Below, in pieces: positions 37,173 to 38,723 of a stretch of 38,723 nucleotides of DNA. The notes under the pieces were generated by a model, which worked only from the letters and a program-made list of their open reading frames with translations, was not told the DNA's origin and did not search any database. The position numbers and the translations under genes are program-made. Source of the DNA: Sulfurovum sp. (lineage in GTDB: Bacteria > Campylobacterota > Campylobacteria > Campylobacterales > Sulfurovaceae); NCBI GenBank assembly GCA_022729615.1, contig DZAQ01000003.1, forward strand, positions 1-38,723, in the 5' to 3' direction. Positions within the stretch are counted from its first letter, which is position 1. Every line of letters begins with the position of its first letter.

Positions 37173-37755
37173 CAGTTCGGCAAGATCTCCATTTCCAACC
37201 GCACTCATCTTTGCCGGAGGCAGGAGCTCGCGAATGGGTCAGGACAAGTCGCTTTTGCCCTTTGGCGGCTACGAAACACTCTGCGAATATCAATTTCGAC
37301 GCCTCAAAAATATCTTCAGCGAGGTATTTATCAGTACAAAAAATGCAAAATTCGGATTTGACGCACCTCTTATATACGACCTCTATCCTCAAAGCTCGCC
37401 GCTTGCCGGGCTTATCTCCTTTTTCGAATCAACCGATCACGACTCCTGTTTCATCCTCAGTGTCGATGCCCCGTTTGTCGATGAGAAAATTATAGCTCAG
37501 CTCTTTGAAGCTGCCAATGACCTCTCTCTTGATGCTATAATCGCCCAAAGTCCCGAGGGGATGCAGCCGCTTTGCGGCATCTACCGGCGCTCGATCATCA
37601 CCCAAGCTAAAAGAAATTTTTTTGAAGAAAATCACAGACTAGGCGCCCTGCTCAAAATGTCAAAAACGCAATTGGTATTTTTTGATACAGAAGAGCCATT
37701 TGCCAACCTCAACACCCCTGCACAGTACCAAGCATCATTAGAGAAAATGAAATAG
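37162..37755 (+). CDS. mobA: Molybdenum cofactor guanylyltransferase MobA
   Basis: 197 aa. N-terminal ALIFAGGRSSRMGQDKSLLPFGG. Overlaps the MFS gene end by 11 nt. Confidence 0.85.
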   Translation: MPDNSSARSPFPTALIFAGGRSSRMGQDKSLLPFGGYETLCEYQFRRLKNIFSEVFISTKNAKFGFDAPLIYDLYPQSSPLAGLISFFESTDHDSCFILSVDAPFVDEKIIAQLFEAANDLSLDAIIAQSPEGMQPLCGIYRRSIITQAKRNFFEENHRLGALLKMSKTQLVFFDTEEPFANLNTPAQYQASLEKMK

Positions 37756-37756
37756 T

Positions 37757-38650
37757 TTACTCCACTCTAAGCATTTGGGTCATTATGGATTTTGAGAAAT
37801 AGACAAACTTTTTGAAGAGTTCACTTTGGTATTTATCCTTGTGATAAATCATCAAAAAATCCCGTTTACACTCAAAATTCTTGATTTTTACCTGGTGAAG
37901 CACCCCGTCATTGAGCTCATTTTGGACAGCTATTTTTGAGACACATGTCATGCAGTCATTATTGATCAGAATGCTTTTGATCGATTCGGTATGCCCCAGC
38001 TCCATAACGATATTGAGCGACCCCTTCATATCTTTGATATAGTCGAGGAATACCCCTCTCGTACCGCTCCCCTCTTCGCGAAGCACCCATCGCTTCTCTG
38101 CCAGCTCTTCGATGGTGTACTCTTGGGTAAGTGAACTATCAGAAGTGACCACGACCAATTCATCGACCGCCACAGACACTTTGACGATCTCGGGATGCGT
38201 CACCACCCCCTCTACAAAACCCATATCGATAGCACCGCCCAGTATAAGCTGCGCTATCTCCTTGCTATTGCCTTCCTTGAGAGAGATTTTTACATCCGGA
38301 TAATTATGCATATAGCTAAACGCGATTTGCGGCATCAAATAGTCCACAATTGTTGTACTCGCCCCTACATGAATGATACCCTTATCAAGTGAATTTCTAA
38401 ACTCATACTCTATATCCATAAATTTCTTGTAAGGAGCGATGATCTCCTTGTGAAACGCTCGTCCCAGTTCGTTGAGAATAAGTTTTTTGTTTATACGGTC
38501 AAAAAGAGGTCTCCCGAGTATATTCTCCAACTCCTTGATGGACATCGAAATAGCCGATTGACTCAAACCCATCTCTTTGGCAACCTGTGTCAAATGCCCC
38601 GATTCGACCACATTGAGAAAAATCTCCATTTGACGAAGTGTTAATTTCAT
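37757..38650 (-). CDS. LysR-family transcriptional regulator
   Basis: 297 aa. N-terminal wHTH LRQMEIFLNVVESGHLTQVAKEMGLSQSAISMSIKELE and a C-terminal substrate-binding fold. Confidence 0.9.
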   Translation of the reverse strand: MKLTLRQMEIFLNVVESGHLTQVAKEMGLSQSAISMSIKELENILGRPLFDRINKKLILNELGRAFHKEIIAPYKKFMDIEYEFRNSLDKGIIHVGASTTIVDYLMPQIAFSYMHNYPDVKISLKEGNSKEIAQLILGGAIDMGFVEGVVTHPEIVKVSVAVDELVVVTSDSSLTQEYTIEELAEKRWVLREEGSGTRGVFLDYIKDMKGSLNIVMELGHTESIKSILINNDCMTCVSKIAVQNELNDGVLHQVKIKNFECKRDFLMIYHKDKYQSELFKKFVYFSKSIMTQMLRVE

Positions 38651-38711
38651 AATTTCTTTTCCAATATTAATTCATTTTTTTGAATATTCTCATATATTCC
38701 ATTTATTTCCA

Positions 38712-38720
38712 ATTATATCA
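38712..38720 (-). promoter_or_regulatory. Extended -10 promoter (TGATATAAT) for the LysR gene
   Basis: Minus strand reads TTTTGATATAAT at the window edge, about 60 nt upstream of the ATG at 38650. Confidence 0.45.
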
Positions 38721-38723
38721 AAA

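Noticed and set aside
1-38723. Mobile elements, a prophage, CRISPR arrays, toxin-antitoxin or defence genes, tRNA or rRNA genes, or signs of a compositionally foreign island around the T2SS locus.
   Set aside because: No transposase, integrase or recombinase-like ORF was found. There are no repeat-spacer arrays and no tRNA-like sequence in any intergenic gap. Hand-counted GC of a ribosomal line and a gspE line was identical (28/60). A proper windowed GC and codon-usage calculation was not possible here.

Overview
This 38.7-kb chromosomal segment looks like a Campylobacterota (epsilonproteobacterial) genome, but the genus cannot be assigned without a database search. The lineage clues are: no rpmD and no adk in the spc operon, a 61-aa zinc-type S14, an Nfu/hypothetical/murE trio, a P-loop ATPase beside rpsJ, and promoters of the TTTTGnTATAAT type. 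GC is mid-range: two 60-nt lines counted by hand were 28/60, and the whole window was not computed.

Layout:
(i) 53-2209, minus strand: murE, a hypothetical gene and an Nfu-like Fe-S protein.
(ii) 2364-16122, minus strand: an uninterrupted S10-spc-alpha block of 29 genes, rpsJ to rplQ, including secY, map, infA, rpmJ (absent from the ORF track, found by hand) and rpoA.
(iii) 16274-21078: a P-loop ATPase, a large YkuD L,D-transpeptidase and typA.
(iv) 21177-30297: a divergently transcribed type II secretion-like (pseudopilus) locus. The minus arm carries gspG and two minor pseudopilins. The plus arm carries K-like, L-like, M-like and N-like genes, gspC, gspD, gspE and a J-like pseudopilin.
(v) 30424-34110: gltA and nrdA, convergent, which separate that locus from its platform gene.
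(vi) 34272-37755: gspF, then an RDD protein, an MFS transporter and mobA, tightly packed.
(vii) 37757-38650: a LysR regulator.

I found no rRNA, tRNA, CRISPR array, transposase, integrase or recognisable defence genes.

The only accessory system is the scrambled T2SS-like locus, and its components are individually recognisable families rather than a wholly new system. Its unusual points are Ala instead of Gly at the predicted prepilin cleavage site in three of four pseudopilins, very divergent L/M/N-like components, a detached gspF, and no prepilin peptidase or pilotin in the window. Secondary items are a roughly 150-nt hairpin-rich leader upstream of rpmJ-rpsM, an identical 12-mer promoter element at three loci, and an in-frame 9-bp tandem repeat in the MFS gene. 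All family assignments come from reading motifs in the translations; no searches were run.
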